Source: an uncultured virus (IMG/VR IMGVR_UViG_3300033571_005398)
Lineage: Duplodnaviria; Heunggongvirae; Uroviricota; Caudoviricetes
Length of the DNA: 64,000 nucleotides
Virus record (IMG/VR): IMGVR_UViG_3300033571_005398
Coordinates: 1 to 64,000 of that record
Reading direction: 5' to 3' (one strand)
Positions within the stretch are counted from its first letter, which is position 1. Every line of letters starts with the position of its first letter. Shown here in pieces: positions 46,845 through 56,246 of the stretch. The notes under the pieces were generated by a model. That model searched no databases. It worked only from the letters and a program-made list of their open reading frames with translations, and was not told the DNA's origin. The position numbers and the translations under genes were made by a program.

Positions 46845-47652
46845 ACAAAGCTCCGATGCTAATCGGAACCACCACCTCGGACTCGCAGTCCGGGCACACT
46901 ACTGTGATGTCTTCGAACTTTGGGCCGGGGTTTCTTTCAGCAATCTCTTCACTGATTTTTCGACGGTCACGAATACCGATGCTCTGCACTTGTTCAGGGC
47001 TATACACCGGGGAACCGTTAATAGCAATTACCGTTCCTTTAAGAAGAATGGAGCTTAGTGCAGGGATGTTTGCATCCTCAAGCATGTTCATTTCTTTTTG
47101 AACAGCTCCGCTAGGAAGCAGAACGGTGTACGTGCTCTTCAATCCTTGTACCGTAAACTCGCGGTCTTCTTTGGGGTTAACCAAAATACGAGTTTTAATA
47201 TCCGCATTTAGGTCTACTTCAATGTCTTTGTACTCTGAGCATCCGCCACAGTACGCAGCCAGTTTTGCTGGGTTTCCAAAAGTTACCTTGTAGATTCCCA
47301 GCAAGAGAGCGTCTCGGTCACCCGAGAGGATGCCGTCCAACATGTTCTCGGTAGCGGGCTTGCCGCCAATAGACACCACGCCGCGGCTCAAGGCAATGTT
47401 GAGCATGCGTCCCAAGGTAGACGCCTTGGCCAACGCCTCTTCGTCGCGCCCGTTGAGCTCTCGAACTTCTGCGGTCTGGTAGACCTCCCCCTCTGTGGTG
47501 ATGTACCCACCGGGAAGGTCTACCAGAGTGTCCGAAGGAAGTTCAATAGTTACTTCTTGTGGCTCATCTTGTGTCGGGTCAGCAATTGCCTGCGCAACCA
47601 GCTCATTGGCCAGTGTTGGGTTGTCAGTTGCTTTTAAACTATTTGTATCCAT
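46831..47652 (-). CDS. tail assembly chaperone (T4 gp26-like)
   Basis: VRELNGRDEE, GDRDALLL..Y..TFG, CxxC twice; between tube and tape measure. Confidence 0.75.
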   Translation of the reverse strand: MDTNSLKATDNPTLANELVAQAIADPTQDEPQEVTIELPSDTLVDLPGGYITTEGEVYQTAEVRELNGRDEEALAKASTLGRMLNIALSRGVVSIGGKPATENMLDGILSGDRDALLLGIYKVTFGNPAKLAAYCGGCSEYKDIEVDLNADIKTRILVNPKEDREFTVQGLKSTYTVLLPSGAVQKEMNMLEDANIPALSSILLKGTVIAINGSPVYSPEQVQSIGIRDRRKISEEIAERNPGPKFEDITVVCPDCESEVVVPISIGALFQLS

Positions 47653-47676
47653 TATTTAGTCCTTTTGGTTTAGGTG

Positions 47677-48375
47677 TTAGCCGATTGTTGTGCGCTGGAG
47701 CTGGGTCGCCCGGGCGCGGGGGTTAGCCTTCGCGCGAGTTGTGGCTACCCGGGTTACTGCGGCTGACGAGTTAGTGTCAAAGTCAGGTGCCGAGGTGTTG
47801 AAGTCCGGAGCCCAGTTGACATCAAAGCCCTCGTGAACCAGAGTCATCTGCTCCACGTAGATGGCGTTGTCACCCGCGTTAAGGTCAGAGTACGCAACGG
47901 AGGTAATCCATGCGTTGTAAACCTGAAAACGAAGGGCAACGTGGTCGCCGTAGGGCGTAGCTGTCGGGTCTCCGGGGTTAGCCCCCGCAATGGGGTGACT
48001 AAGAACCTGAATCTCGAGGTCAGCGCGGAAGTCCGTGATGAGGTCGGTGCTTCCACCAGCCTGTACCGTACGGAACAACTTACGCATCCATTCCCAGTTC
48101 TGGTTTGAACCAAGAATTACACCACGCTGCAAGCTAATTGGTGAGAACGTGGTCTGTCCCGGAATCTGGTGAACCGTCGTGTTGTACCCACCTTCACGGT
48201 AGGGGATGCTGTCAGTGGTTACTGACAGACCAGAGATTGAGGTAAACCCAATCGGCACTGCTCCACCGTACAAGTTCAGTTGGTTGGAGTTGTGCGGTTT
48301 GAAGCTGACGAGGAACCGAAAGTTCCTAATCGGGTCGGTCGCAAGATTTGACCGGTTGTTAATAATGGTTGCCAT
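47677..48375 (-). CDS. tail tube protein (gp19-like)
   Basis: DPIRNFRF...GF..ISGL...YREGG...PG...LQRG...NAW...LNA...EQMTLVHEG. Confidence 0.9.
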   Translation of the reverse strand: MATIINNRSNLATDPIRNFRFLVSFKPHNSNQLNLYGGAVPIGFTSISGLSVTTDSIPYREGGYNTTVHQIPGQTTFSPISLQRGVILGSNQNWEWMRKLFRTVQAGGSTDLITDFRADLEIQVLSHPIAGANPGDPTATPYGDHVALRFQVYNAWITSVAYSDLNAGDNAIYVEQMTLVHEGFDVNWAPDFNTSAPDFDTNSSAAVTRVATTRAKANPRARATQLQRTTIG

Positions 48376-48393
48376 TATTTATTTCTCCTTCGG

Positions 48394-49893
48394 TTAGTTT
48401 GCAGTCTTTTGACTGAGAGTGATGACAACAAACTCAGCAGGGTATTCAAGCGAAACCCCAACCTCGATGTTTACGATTCCCTGTGCAATATCAGAGTCCG
48501 GGTTGTTTTCCCGGTCACACTTGACAAAGAAAGCCTCATCAGGGGTGGTTCCAGCAAGGCCGCCAATATTGCGGTAATCGTTCAAGAACACACTCAGCGT
48601 TGTGCGAATCCGGCCCCACAGGTTGGAGTCGTTATTTTCGAACATAGCAAACTGCGTAAGGTCTTTGAGCTGCTTTTGGATGTGAATAAGCGAGCGTCGC
48701 ATAGAGACGTAACGGTTAGCCGTTCCATCCTGCAGCAGGGTGCGAGCACCCATAACCACTACACCTGCGCCGGGGATATCGCGAATTGCGTTTACCGGCG
48801 AGCTGCTGGAGTTAAGGGTATCCAACTCTGCTGACGTAAAGCGGCGTTCAAGAGCAACTACGCCACCAAGCTCGGTGCGCAAACCGGCAGGCGATTTGAA
48901 CGGCCCTTGAGCCCGGTCAGTTGCAATGTACAACCCAGCCACAGAACCTGCAGGACCGCACTTACGGACCGACGTAGCATTCCGACCAAACGGGTCAGCA
49001 ATGAAAACGTTGGGGTAGTACATTGCGACATTGCTCTGGTTTGCACGGCCATCGGCGTAAGTAATTGCGGAAGCTACCGACAAGTCTGGCGCCGTTTCGG
49101 CAACCACAAATACGTTGGTTGCAGTTGCAGCATACGAAATTATCGTGTCTAAGACAGTTGCTGCCGTAGTTGCGCCACCCGCAGCAAACGTTTGGCGGTG
49201 AAGCTCTGGGCTAAACATAACAAGAGGACGGTCAAGCGCGTTAAAGTCGGCCAGCGCAGACGTAAAGTCGGCTGTTGCAAGCCCCGCACCATTAGCGCCG
49301 CTTGTAAAGCCAACCGGAGTTGTTACGCTAGGAACCTTGGTCTGGTCACTGACAGTCACCGTAATGTAGGCCGAGGCATTGTTAATGACATCTACAATAA
49401 AGTCGCCTGTAACAGGGTCGTTATCGAACATGACATTGTCATACTGCTCAAGAACTACATCGGCAGTTGTTCCAACGTCCTTGCTGACAATGACATTGTA
49501 GTAGGCACTAGACCCTACTTGAATAAACTGAACAGCAAGCTTATTCCCGTCAACACCCTTGGCGCGAGCAGTGATGGTACCTACAGTACCTGCCGAAGCC
49601 GCAATAGTCATACTGGCAGCAACTGCATCCGATGCAAGAACGCGACGGACGTAAAGCTCATTTCCACCGCTTTTGAAGAACTGCCCAATGCCAAAAGTTG
49701 CGGGGTAGTTGAGGTCGTATCCACCAAAAGTTTGAGTGAATTCGTACCACGAATTTACAAGAGTAATATCCGTGGGGCCCTGTCCCAAGCTGCAGATGAC
49801 GGCTCCAGCCGCAGCCGTGCCACCTCCGGACGAGATGGGGGCAGGAAGAAGACGTTCCGTGATGTAAACGCCGGGGCGACCATATGCGGCCAT
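48394..49893 (-). CDS. contractile tail sheath protein
   Basis: RPGVYITE; FKSPAG; VNAIR; GARTL; RYVSMRR; FEN; PAEFVVI. Confidence 0.95.
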   Translation of the reverse strand: MAAYGRPGVYITERLLPAPISSGGGTAAAGAVICSLGQGPTDITLVNSWYEFTQTFGGYDLNYPATFGIGQFFKSGGNELYVRRVLASDAVAASMTIAASAGTVGTITARAKGVDGNKLAVQFIQVGSSAYYNVIVSKDVGTTADVVLEQYDNVMFDNDPVTGDFIVDVINNASAYITVTVSDQTKVPSVTTPVGFTSGANGAGLATADFTSALADFNALDRPLVMFSPELHRQTFAAGGATTAATVLDTIISYAATATNVFVVAETAPDLSVASAITYADGRANQSNVAMYYPNVFIADPFGRNATSVRKCGPAGSVAGLYIATDRAQGPFKSPAGLRTELGGVVALERRFTSAELDTLNSSSSPVNAIRDIPGAGVVVMGARTLLQDGTANRYVSMRRSLIHIQKQLKDLTQFAMFENNDSNLWGRIRTTLSVFLNDYRNIGGLAGTTPDEAFFVKCDRENNPDSDIAQGIVNIEVGVSLEYPAEFVVITLSQKTAN

Positions 49894-49935
49894 TGTTTCT
49901 CCTTAGTTAGATGAGTATTGTGGGGGGACCAAATA

Positions 49936-50610
49936 TTAGGCGATGTGGATTTCATCAATACCTACCCAGTACGGGTCGCCGGGACGGCCGCCATTTAGCG
50001 ACAGGTACGATGATGGAGTAGTTATGTCGATAGATGTGACTTCGTAGATTCGTCGTGCTGCATCTACCGATACCTCACTAGAAACACGTACGGTTATTAC
50101 ATTTACAAACAACCGCTTTGCTTGTTCCGTGACATCGCGTTTATTGACATCCATGATGTCCAAACGACGAAGTGTGTGTTGGGGGTTGCCCTCCCCGTCT
50201 ACCTTTCCTGTGTCTACAGATAGGTAGCCGAATCTTATGGGGAACTTCTCGTGAAGCAACTGGCTCACGATAGCTCGGTCGTGGCGCGGGTGTCGCGCAT
50301 ACGACGTAATCTGGTAATCGATAGTTACCGGAATAGGCAGCTGGATGTCAAAGCCATCAGCATTAGGGGTTTCTGGGTCGAGGTACCACGGCGACACAAT
50401 TCCACGCATTTCACGGGCTTGGTCACGTTGAATATCCAACATATCAATCGTAATGTACGGATACCCCTGTGAACGAATTTCTTGGTCAGGCTGCCCAAAC
50501 CAAACGCCTACCGAGCGAGGATTGCCGTCCCCCTCTGACTTCTGGTCAGTTACCGTCATTCCTTGAAGCTTCTTTCGAAGGGCCTCATCTTCAGAGATTA
50601 GAAATGTCAA
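49936..50610 (-). CDS. tail terminator/neck protein
   Basis: position before sheath; YPYITI..LD...PVTIDYQIT. Confidence 0.6.
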   Translation of the reverse strand: MTFLISEDEALRKKLQGMTVTDQKSEGDGNPRSVGVWFGQPDQEIRSQGYPYITIDMLDIQRDQAREMRGIVSPWYLDPETPNADGFDIQLPIPVTIDYQITSYARHPRHDRAIVSQLLHEKFPIRFGYLSVDTGKVDGEGNPQHTLRRLDIMDVNKRDVTEQAKRLFVNVITVRVSSEVSVDAARRIYEVTSIDITTPSSYLSLNGGRPGDPYWVGIDEIHIA

Positions 50611-50918
50611 AACAACCCTCCCAGAACATGCTTGTGCAGGCTAATTAGGTAGGCCTCTTCGGCAGAGGATGAGTTGTCATACCTACGCACCGTAGCTTTT
50701 GGGGGGTTGTTCTCATCCCCGTACTCGTGCCTGAACGCACGGTCACTGTGCTCCGGTGAGACTTTTGCTTTAAATTTGCCGTCCTCGTAGTGCACGCGAA
50801 TACTGCTGGCAACGTCTTCGTCCCAGCCGTGCTCGTGCGCGCGGTTTTGCAAGTCTGCGGTCATGTACACGGCAGTTTCATGCGCGGCTCGTTTAAGGCC
50901 TTCTTGTATGCGCTTCAC
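50607..50918 (-). CDS. putative neck/tail completion protein
   Basis: HEYGD motif; position. Confidence 0.5.
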   Translation of the reverse strand: MKRIQEGLKRAAHETAVYMTADLQNRAHEHGWDEDVASSIRVHYEDGKFKAKVSPEHSDRAFRHEYGDENNPPKATVRRYDNSSSAEEAYLISLHKHVLGGLF

Positions 50919-51057
50919 TTGGCACCTGCACTAACGGGGATGAATGTTGAGACGCCTGCATGACAAGTAGCGGTAAACATTCAAATCCCCTTTCGAGGCA
51001 CGCAAGCCAGCCGAAGCTGTATAGGGTCCGCACGGATTACCTACACTTTAAGGATAG

Positions 51058-51083
51058 AGAAAAGCCCCGCATTTAGCGGGGCT
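51058..51083 (-). terminator. intrinsic terminator
   Basis: AGCCCCGC-TAAAT-GCGGGGCT followed by TTTCT. Confidence 0.75.
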
Positions 51084-51101
51084 AACTCGTTTTACTTAAA
51101 A

Positions 51102-51353
51102 CTACTTCTTACCAGCCTTAATCTTCTTGGCAAGAGCGTTGTCTTTCTTAGTGTCTTGCGCCTTGGTGAGCTTGGTGTTCCTGTCCATCTTGGCGTCTTC
51201 TTTGTTGAACTTTGCCTTCTGGGCAGGGGTCATGCCCTTCGTCGTCTTGGCATCCTGCTTCTTATCAGCAGATGAACCAATATAGGGCTTGTTCTTTTTA
51301 TCGGCTGCACGCTTCTTACAAGCCGCGCACGTACCACACTTACACATTGCCAT
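51102..51353 (-). CDS. small Lys-rich protein with MAMCKCG.CAACK N-terminus
   Basis: TAATG coupling; very basic. Confidence 0.7.
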   Translation of the reverse strand: MAMCKCGTCAACKKRAADKKNKPYIGSSADKKQDAKTTKGMTPAQKAKFNKEDAKMDRNTKLTKAQDTKKDNALAKKIKAGKK

Positions 51354-51520
51354 TATTTACCTTTTTTCTTGTTCATCTTGGCGGCAGTAATAACATCGCC
51401 ACGGGTGATTTTCTTTTTGTCTCCATACATCGAAGCAAGCTTTGCGTTCTTTCCCGTGGGGGCGTCTTTCTTTGCACGGGCTTTACACGCAGCACATTTG
51501 CCACACTTGCACATTGCCAT
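51353..51520 (-). CDS. 55-aa Lys-rich paralog with MAMCKCGKCAACK N-terminus (not in ORF track)
   Basis: exactly fills the gap, TAATG coupling at both ends. Confidence 0.7.
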   Translation of the reverse strand: MAMCKCGKCAACKARAKKDAPTGKNAKLASMYGDKKKITRGDVITAAKMNKKKGK

Positions 51521-51834
51521 TATTTCTTACCCTTCTTAGCGTCAAGACGCTTGCTTATTGCTGCGGCCTTACTTTTGGCGTCAGCTTTACTGGATGCTCC
51601 CCATGCCTGAAGTGACAAGAGAAGACGTGTGGGTTCCCCGTTGGGCTTGCGCTCTGGACCGGGCATGTTACCCATGCGGGCCAAGAACGACGCTCGGCGA
51701 GGATTGTCGCCAGACTTTACCGGGGCTTTCAAGTCAGAGCCGGGGTTAGCCCGTTCGTAGGACTTACGGCCCTTTTCATTAAGGCCACCCTTAGCATTCT
51801 GACCAACTTTTTTCTGCCATGCTTCACTTGCCAT
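51520..51834 (-). CDS. small basic phage protein
   Basis: GGLNEKGRKSY...LKAPV...RRASFLARM. Confidence 0.7.
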   Translation of the reverse strand: MASEAWQKKVGQNAKGGLNEKGRKSYERANPGSDLKAPVKSGDNPRRASFLARMGNMPGPERKPNGEPTRLLLSLQAWGASSKADAKSKAAAISKRLDAKKGKK

Positions 51835-52085
51835 TAGCTGCTCCTTCTATACTTGGCGGTTTTTTCAGCAATCTTTTTAGGTTGAGGAGCAACCTGCTTA
51901 CCCGACTTTCCTCCGTCACCCTTCGCCTTTGCGCGATTAGTGGCTGCTTTTTCTGCGGGGGTTAGGGCGTCCCAAGCTTTTGCAGGAAGATACCGTCTCT
52001 TACCTTTAGAGGGACTACCATCAGACGTAGTCCACTTTTCTCTTGTCCACTTATCTAGGGACTTTTGAGAGGCTGCTTTAGCCAT
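51834..52085 (-). CDS. small basic phage protein
   Basis: QKSLDKWTREKW...RYLP.KAW; TAATG start at 52085. Confidence 0.7.
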   Translation of the reverse strand: MAKAASQKSLDKWTREKWTTSDGSPSKGKRRYLPAKAWDALTPAEKAATNRAKAKGDGGKSGKQVAPQPKKIAEKTAKYRRSS

Positions 52086-52273
52086 TACTTGTAGCCACCT
52101 CCTGCTTTCTTGTACTCTGAGGCCAGCAGTTGGGCTTTGCGAGCAGACCACTCTCCGGGGTCTCCGCCCTTAGTACCGGCTTTAATCTTTTTGAACAGGC
52201 GCTCTCGAAGAGCAGGTTTCGTATAGTTACCCGCCTCATTGACTCGAGACTTGGCCTTCTTTTTTTCAACCAT
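52085..52273 (-). CDS. small basic phage protein
   Basis: NYTKPALR...GGDPGEWSARKAQLLA.EYKKAGGGY. Confidence 0.7.
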   Translation of the reverse strand: MVEKKKAKSRVNEAGNYTKPALRERLFKKIKAGTKGGDPGEWSARKAQLLASEYKKAGGGYK

Positions 52274-52306
52274 TACCGTTTACCTTTTCCGCAAGTGCAG
52301 TTACCG

Positions 52307-52477
52307 TTACACACTACTTCTTCTCCCTTTTTTTGTCCGGGTATTCTTTGTTTCTTGGCCGCCTGATTTCTTCTCAGGAAGCGGCCTATCTTTTGGAGTG
52401 TGGGCTTCCCAACGTGCCGCCATCTTTGGGTTGTTTGCGTACATCCACGCTCGTTGGCGTTGCGATTTAAACGGCAC
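52307..52477 (-). CDS. small basic phage protein (not in ORF track)
   Basis: GTG start; MPFKSQRQRAWMYANNPKMAARWEAHTP... Confidence 0.6.
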   Translation of the reverse strand: MPFKSQRQRAWMYANNPKMAARWEAHTPKDRPLPEKKSGGQETKNTRTKKGRRSSV

Positions 52478-52478
52478 T

Positions 52479-52871
52479 TTAGTTCTGCGCCATAATTACC
52501 CAGTTAGTTCCGTTACTAACTATGGTTGTCCACTTACCGGCTGTGTTGGCGGAGAAGAGCGTAGCCGCAGCAGTGGTGGTTGCCAACGGGATTACGTTAG
52601 AAGAGGCCGAGGTTACTGCGCCTGTGTTAATCGTTTTCAAACCCAACGTGCGACCGGGAAATGCTGAGGCACTTGGCAGTGTCACTGCAATCGCCGAAGC
52701 AGAGTTAAACGTAACAAACTTGGCAGTTTGTGGCACGGTAAAGGTGGCGGTCGTGACGGGAGTCGTGACATTGGCTACCGACAGTGCGGTGTCTTTATCT
52801 AAGTAGTCAAGGCAAGTGTTGAGGGCAGCCCCCCAGTTACTTTGACCAATAGTAGGTTTTACAAGAGGCAT
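52479..52871 (-). CDS. virion structural protein
   Basis: Thr/Ala-rich; VTLPSA...SNGTNWVI. Confidence 0.6.
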   Translation of the reverse strand: MPLVKPTIGQSNWGAALNTCLDYLDKDTALSVANVTTPVTTATFTVPQTAKFVTFNSASAIAVTLPSASAFPGRTLGLKTINTGAVTSASSNVIPLATTTAAATLFSANTAGKWTTIVSNGTNWVIMAQN

Positions 52872-52874
52872 TTT

Positions 52875-53492
52875 CTAATCTCCATATTTTCCGGAACCGT
52901 ATTCTCCGGCTCCATAAATTGACAAACGGGGTTCTGTAGTTGCAGGCAGAGCATACGCTTGGAACTGCGGGTCGTTGACCAGCTCTTCGGAATTGACTTG
53001 GTTGCAGTCAATGGTGACAACGGCGTACTGGTAACCAAAAGAGCCGCGTGGAAGAACGCGGGTCGGGACAAACACTTGGTTGCGGTAAATCACTCGGTCT
53101 TTAATGTGCGTGCTGGGCACAGTCATCATTCCGGGAATCAGGCGCTCAATGTCTCCAACGTTAACCACCAGCCGAAGAGTATCCGTGACATAGAAACCGC
53201 GTTCATTCATTACGTTGCTTGAACGGATTAGCTGCGCCATAACAGTGGGCAACTTGAATGGCTTTGCCCAGCGGCGGCCATTGGCCCGGTTATTGGTATC
53301 AAAAGACGCATTGGATACATCGTATACGTCATCTACAACAGTCGAGTAGTTCTGCTCAAAGTACTCTTCGGACCATTCGTACCAGTCAACCTCTTGACCG
53401 ACAGTGCCGCCAAGGTCGTCAGCAATACCTTCATACATGGATTTACTTTCGTAATCCATGTTGAATCGGCCTTGAAGCTTAATCCCACGCAT
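52875..53492 (-). CDS. putative head-tail adaptor/closure protein
   Basis: position; DRVIYRNQVF. Confidence 0.5.
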   Translation of the reverse strand: MRGIKLQGRFNMDYESKSMYEGIADDLGGTVGQEVDWYEWSEEYFEQNYSTVVDDVYDVSNASFDTNNRANGRRWAKPFKLPTVMAQLIRSSNVMNERGFYVTDTLRLVVNVGDIERLIPGMMTVPSTHIKDRVIYRNQVFVPTRVLPRGSFGYQYAVVTIDCNQVNSEELVNDPQFQAYALPATTEPRLSIYGAGEYGSGKYGD

Positions 53493-53500
53493 CCTGCATC

Positions 53501-55141
53501 CTAACTAAACGGTGTCCATGCACCTGCGGTAAACTTTTGGGCAGTAGCAATCGTTACCCATCCCGGGCTGCCGCTTCCGGTGTCTGCCACATATCTCTGC
53601 CCCGTAAGCATTCTCACCCAACCAACTGCCGTACCAGTAGAGCTGGAGTAAGTTCCTTGGGCAGAGCTTGTAATTACAAATTGGCTAGCAGTTGCTGATG
53701 TAATTGTTGCGTTGGTCAAGTTGTATGCACTTGGATTTACGCCCGTAATGGTCACTGTGTTACCTGCTGAAAACTCGTTTGAAGCAGTGTAGGTGGCAGC
53801 CCCAACACTGACAGCTGTGCCACTAATAGAAACAGTTCCTAGTCCTTCATTATTTGCCCCCGTGCTAAACGAATCGACGCCAAAAACGCTAACGTTTGTG
53901 TACGTTTGATTCAGGTAGTCATAAGGGGCTGCAATTCCAGAGACGATTACGGTCTGTCCAGTAGAAAAACCGTGAGCAGCGCTAGTTGTAAAATCAGTAC
54001 CAAACTCAGTTCCAAAAACGCTAGTTATTGTTGCAGTTCGTGCAGTAGTTGTGACATTAGTAATTGAGCCAGAAGTAGCGTAACGGCGTCCATACGCAGA
54101 AATAAAAGCCGAGCTTGTGGCAGTATATGGCGAAGTCACCGATGCAGCGTTAGTGTACCTTGCACGAAAGTAGTAGGTTCTTCCCGGAAGAAGACCGGTA
54201 ATGGTTGCTGTACCCGGGCTTGCTATCGTTACTGAGCTGGGTGTCCCACCAAACCCAGAGTCAGTGCTGTACTCTACTGTGTACGAACTAATCGCAGAGC
54301 CGCCATTTGAAGACGGTGCAGCCACTACTACGGAGGCTGTAGTTCCCACAGAGGTAACCGAAGTAATAGTTGGGGCCGCGTAAGCTACCCTGCTTGCCGA
54401 CCAAGGGCCGTACCCCTCGGAGTTGCTAGCATAGGCGCGTACTTGGAAATAGTACACGGTTCCCGGAACAACAGTAATAGGGGCTGTTGGCCCAAAATCT
54501 GCAGTTCTAGTCGTGCCGAGACCATTAACATTATTCAGATTGTAGGTAGTCCACGTTGCGTTATCGGTACTGTATCGGTACTCGTACCAACTGATGGCTG
54601 AGGTCCCATTCCCAGTTCCATTCGCTGCTGTTCCCGATGGCGGCGTTGAGGCAGTCCACTCAAGCCTGATTGTTGTTCCAGTAGCGGCGGTTCCGGCCTT
54701 CGGGCGAGTTACCGTAAGCGTAGGAGTGGTGGGTTGTCGGACCGCATTAAATAGAGTTATTGTCGCTGCCGCAGTGTATGAAGTAAACCTAACTGCGTAT
54801 GATGGAATTTGACCCGCAGTAACATAGTATGCGTCTACAGTGGCAATTGCCGAACCGTCTGAGTTATGAGTTACCGTATACGCCGAAGAAAATATGGCAG
54901 TGCTGCTGTTTTGCCCCAATGAGCGTAACTGGTCGTCAAAACGTTGCGTGATGTTGCCACTGCCGCGAACTGCCGCAGAAGCATAGTCGCTGAAAGAGTT
55001 TGCTCCTGAGCTAAGGTATACCGTGTAATACACGGTACTCGTGTTGGTTGTTGCGTTGTAAAAAGCAGAGTCCGAGGATACATCTACTTGAAGGGTGTAG
55101 TTGTTTATTGTTGATGAATTAGTGCCTGAGTATGCAACCAC
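53501..55141 (-). CDS. fibronectin type III repeat virion protein
   Basis: PGTVYYFQVRA, NGGSAISSY, LLPGRTYYFRAR. Confidence 0.75.
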   Translation of the reverse strand: MVAYSGTNSSTINNYTLQVDVSSDSAFYNATTNTSTVYYTVYLSSGANSFSDYASAAVRGSGNITQRFDDQLRSLGQNSSTAIFSSAYTVTHNSDGSAIATVDAYYVTAGQIPSYAVRFTSYTAAATITLFNAVRQPTTPTLTVTRPKAGTAATGTTIRLEWTASTPPSGTAANGTGNGTSAISWYEYRYSTDNATWTTYNLNNVNGLGTTRTADFGPTAPITVVPGTVYYFQVRAYASNSEGYGPWSASRVAYAAPTITSVTSVGTTASVVVAAPSSNGGSAISSYTVEYSTDSGFGGTPSSVTIASPGTATITGLLPGRTYYFRARYTNAASVTSPYTATSSAFISAYGRRYATSGSITNVTTTARTATITSVFGTEFGTDFTTSAAHGFSTGQTVIVSGIAAPYDYLNQTYTNVSVFGVDSFSTGANNEGLGTVSISGTAVSVGAATYTASNEFSAGNTVTITGVNPSAYNLTNATITSATASQFVITSSAQGTYSSSTGTAVGWVRMLTGQRYVADTGSGSPGWVTIATAQKFTAGAWTPFS

Positions 55142-55146
55142 CTAAA

Positions 55147-56112
55147 TCACCAGAACCAGAGGTCGCCTACTGCAGCTCCGCCAGCAGGTGTGGGTGTAGT
55201 GGCTTGTACAAAAATACGAAGGCCTTCACGGGCACCGGCCACGGTGTCTGCACCAGTTCCGCCTCGGTTAAGCGGAAGAATTCCAGTTACTTCCTGTCCA
55301 GCAGCGCTTAGAGTAACCAAGTTACCGCCAGTAACTACTCCGGAAGCGTTAATCTTAGCCACACCAGTAGACGCGCCGCTCGAGCCAGACAGAGTAACTG
55401 TGCCAGAAGCTGTTAGTGCGTCGGTTGTCAGGACCTTACCAGAAGGCACCGTCAAACTTGCAGTGAGAGTCTGTGTAGTTGCGCTTGTCTTAGAAACAAA
55501 GTTGGTGGTGACATCTCCGGCAAGCGCTACAGTTCCGCTAGTTGCGGGAAGGGCCAGCGCGACAGTGCCGCTAGCGTTTGCTGTAATTGTGGTTACACCA
55601 GCAGATGCCCCGTTTACAATAAGGCTTGTAGAAATGACTGGAGAGGTGAGTGCTGGGTCCGAAGCAAACACCGCGTTACCGGTTCCCGTTGTACCGTTAA
55701 TAATCCCGCGGAGTTGAGTTGCTGTAGTGGTTGCCAGCTGGTCAAGTCGAGGAAGCCCCCACGAAGGGGCAGCAGCTCCGTTTGACAGAAGAACCTGTCC
55801 AGAAGTTCCTGCAGCCAAAAAGGTTGTGGTGTTTGCAGCTGTGTTGTACGGCACCTGTCCAGCACCTCCGCCAGCAAGGTTAGTGGCACGGGCCACAGCT
55901 ACTGTTGACGTAGTTCCTGAGGTAGTTAGGTAAGTCAGTCCCGCGGGGGCATACGGCAGCGAGGCCCATGCCGTAGTTCCGTCACCAAGCTTGAACTTGT
56001 TAGTGTCGGTTTCAAAGCCAACTTCTCCGGCAGCCAAAGTTGGGCCATTGGTTGTCCAGTTTGCCGCCAAATCGCGACGAAGCTGAATAATGGTTCTTGT
56101 AGGAGCAGGCAT
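55147..56112 (-). CDS. fibre protein with Mtd/hyaluronidase-type N-terminal domain
   Basis: IQLRRD.AANW...LAAGEVGFETDT.KFKLGDG.TAW..LPY. Confidence 0.75.
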   Translation of the reverse strand: MPAPTRTIIQLRRDLAANWTTNGPTLAAGEVGFETDTNKFKLGDGTTAWASLPYAPAGLTYLTTSGTTSTVAVARATNLAGGGAGQVPYNTAANTTTFLAAGTSGQVLLSNGAAAPSWGLPRLDQLATTTATQLRGIINGTTGTGNAVFASDPALTSPVISTSLIVNGASAGVTTITANASGTVALALPATSGTVALAGDVTTNFVSKTSATTQTLTASLTVPSGKVLTTDALTASGTVTLSGSSGASTGVAKINASGVVTGGNLVTLSAAGQEVTGILPLNRGGTGADTVAGAREGLRIFVQATTPTPAGGAAVGDLWFW

Positions 56113-56120
56113 AGTTATCC

Positions 56121-56246
56121 TTACTGGTATTCTGCACTGTCAGGATAGCGCGGACCATTTATAGGAAGCACCACCGCAGGACGGGTAGGGTAGTCGACAC
56201 TCGGGGCAAACTTTAATAGAAATATGTCTTTTGGCAATTCTGGCAT
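56121..56246 (-). CDS. 41-aa Pro-rich hypothetical peptide (not in ORF track)
   Basis: TAATG coupling; fills the gap. Confidence 0.45.
   Translation of the reverse strand: MPELPKDIFLLKFAPSVDYPTRPAVVLPINGPRYPDSAEYQ

Noticed and set aside
52273..52340. -1 frameshift at the A7 run in the MPFKS gene
   Set aside because: The -1 frame stops within a few codons; the Cys-rich tail is better explained as a separate micro-ORF or chance
55147..56112. Diversity-generating retroelement suggested by the Mtd-like N-terminus
   Set aside because: Only the generic N-terminal domain matches; no reverse transcriptase or TR/VR pair seen in the window
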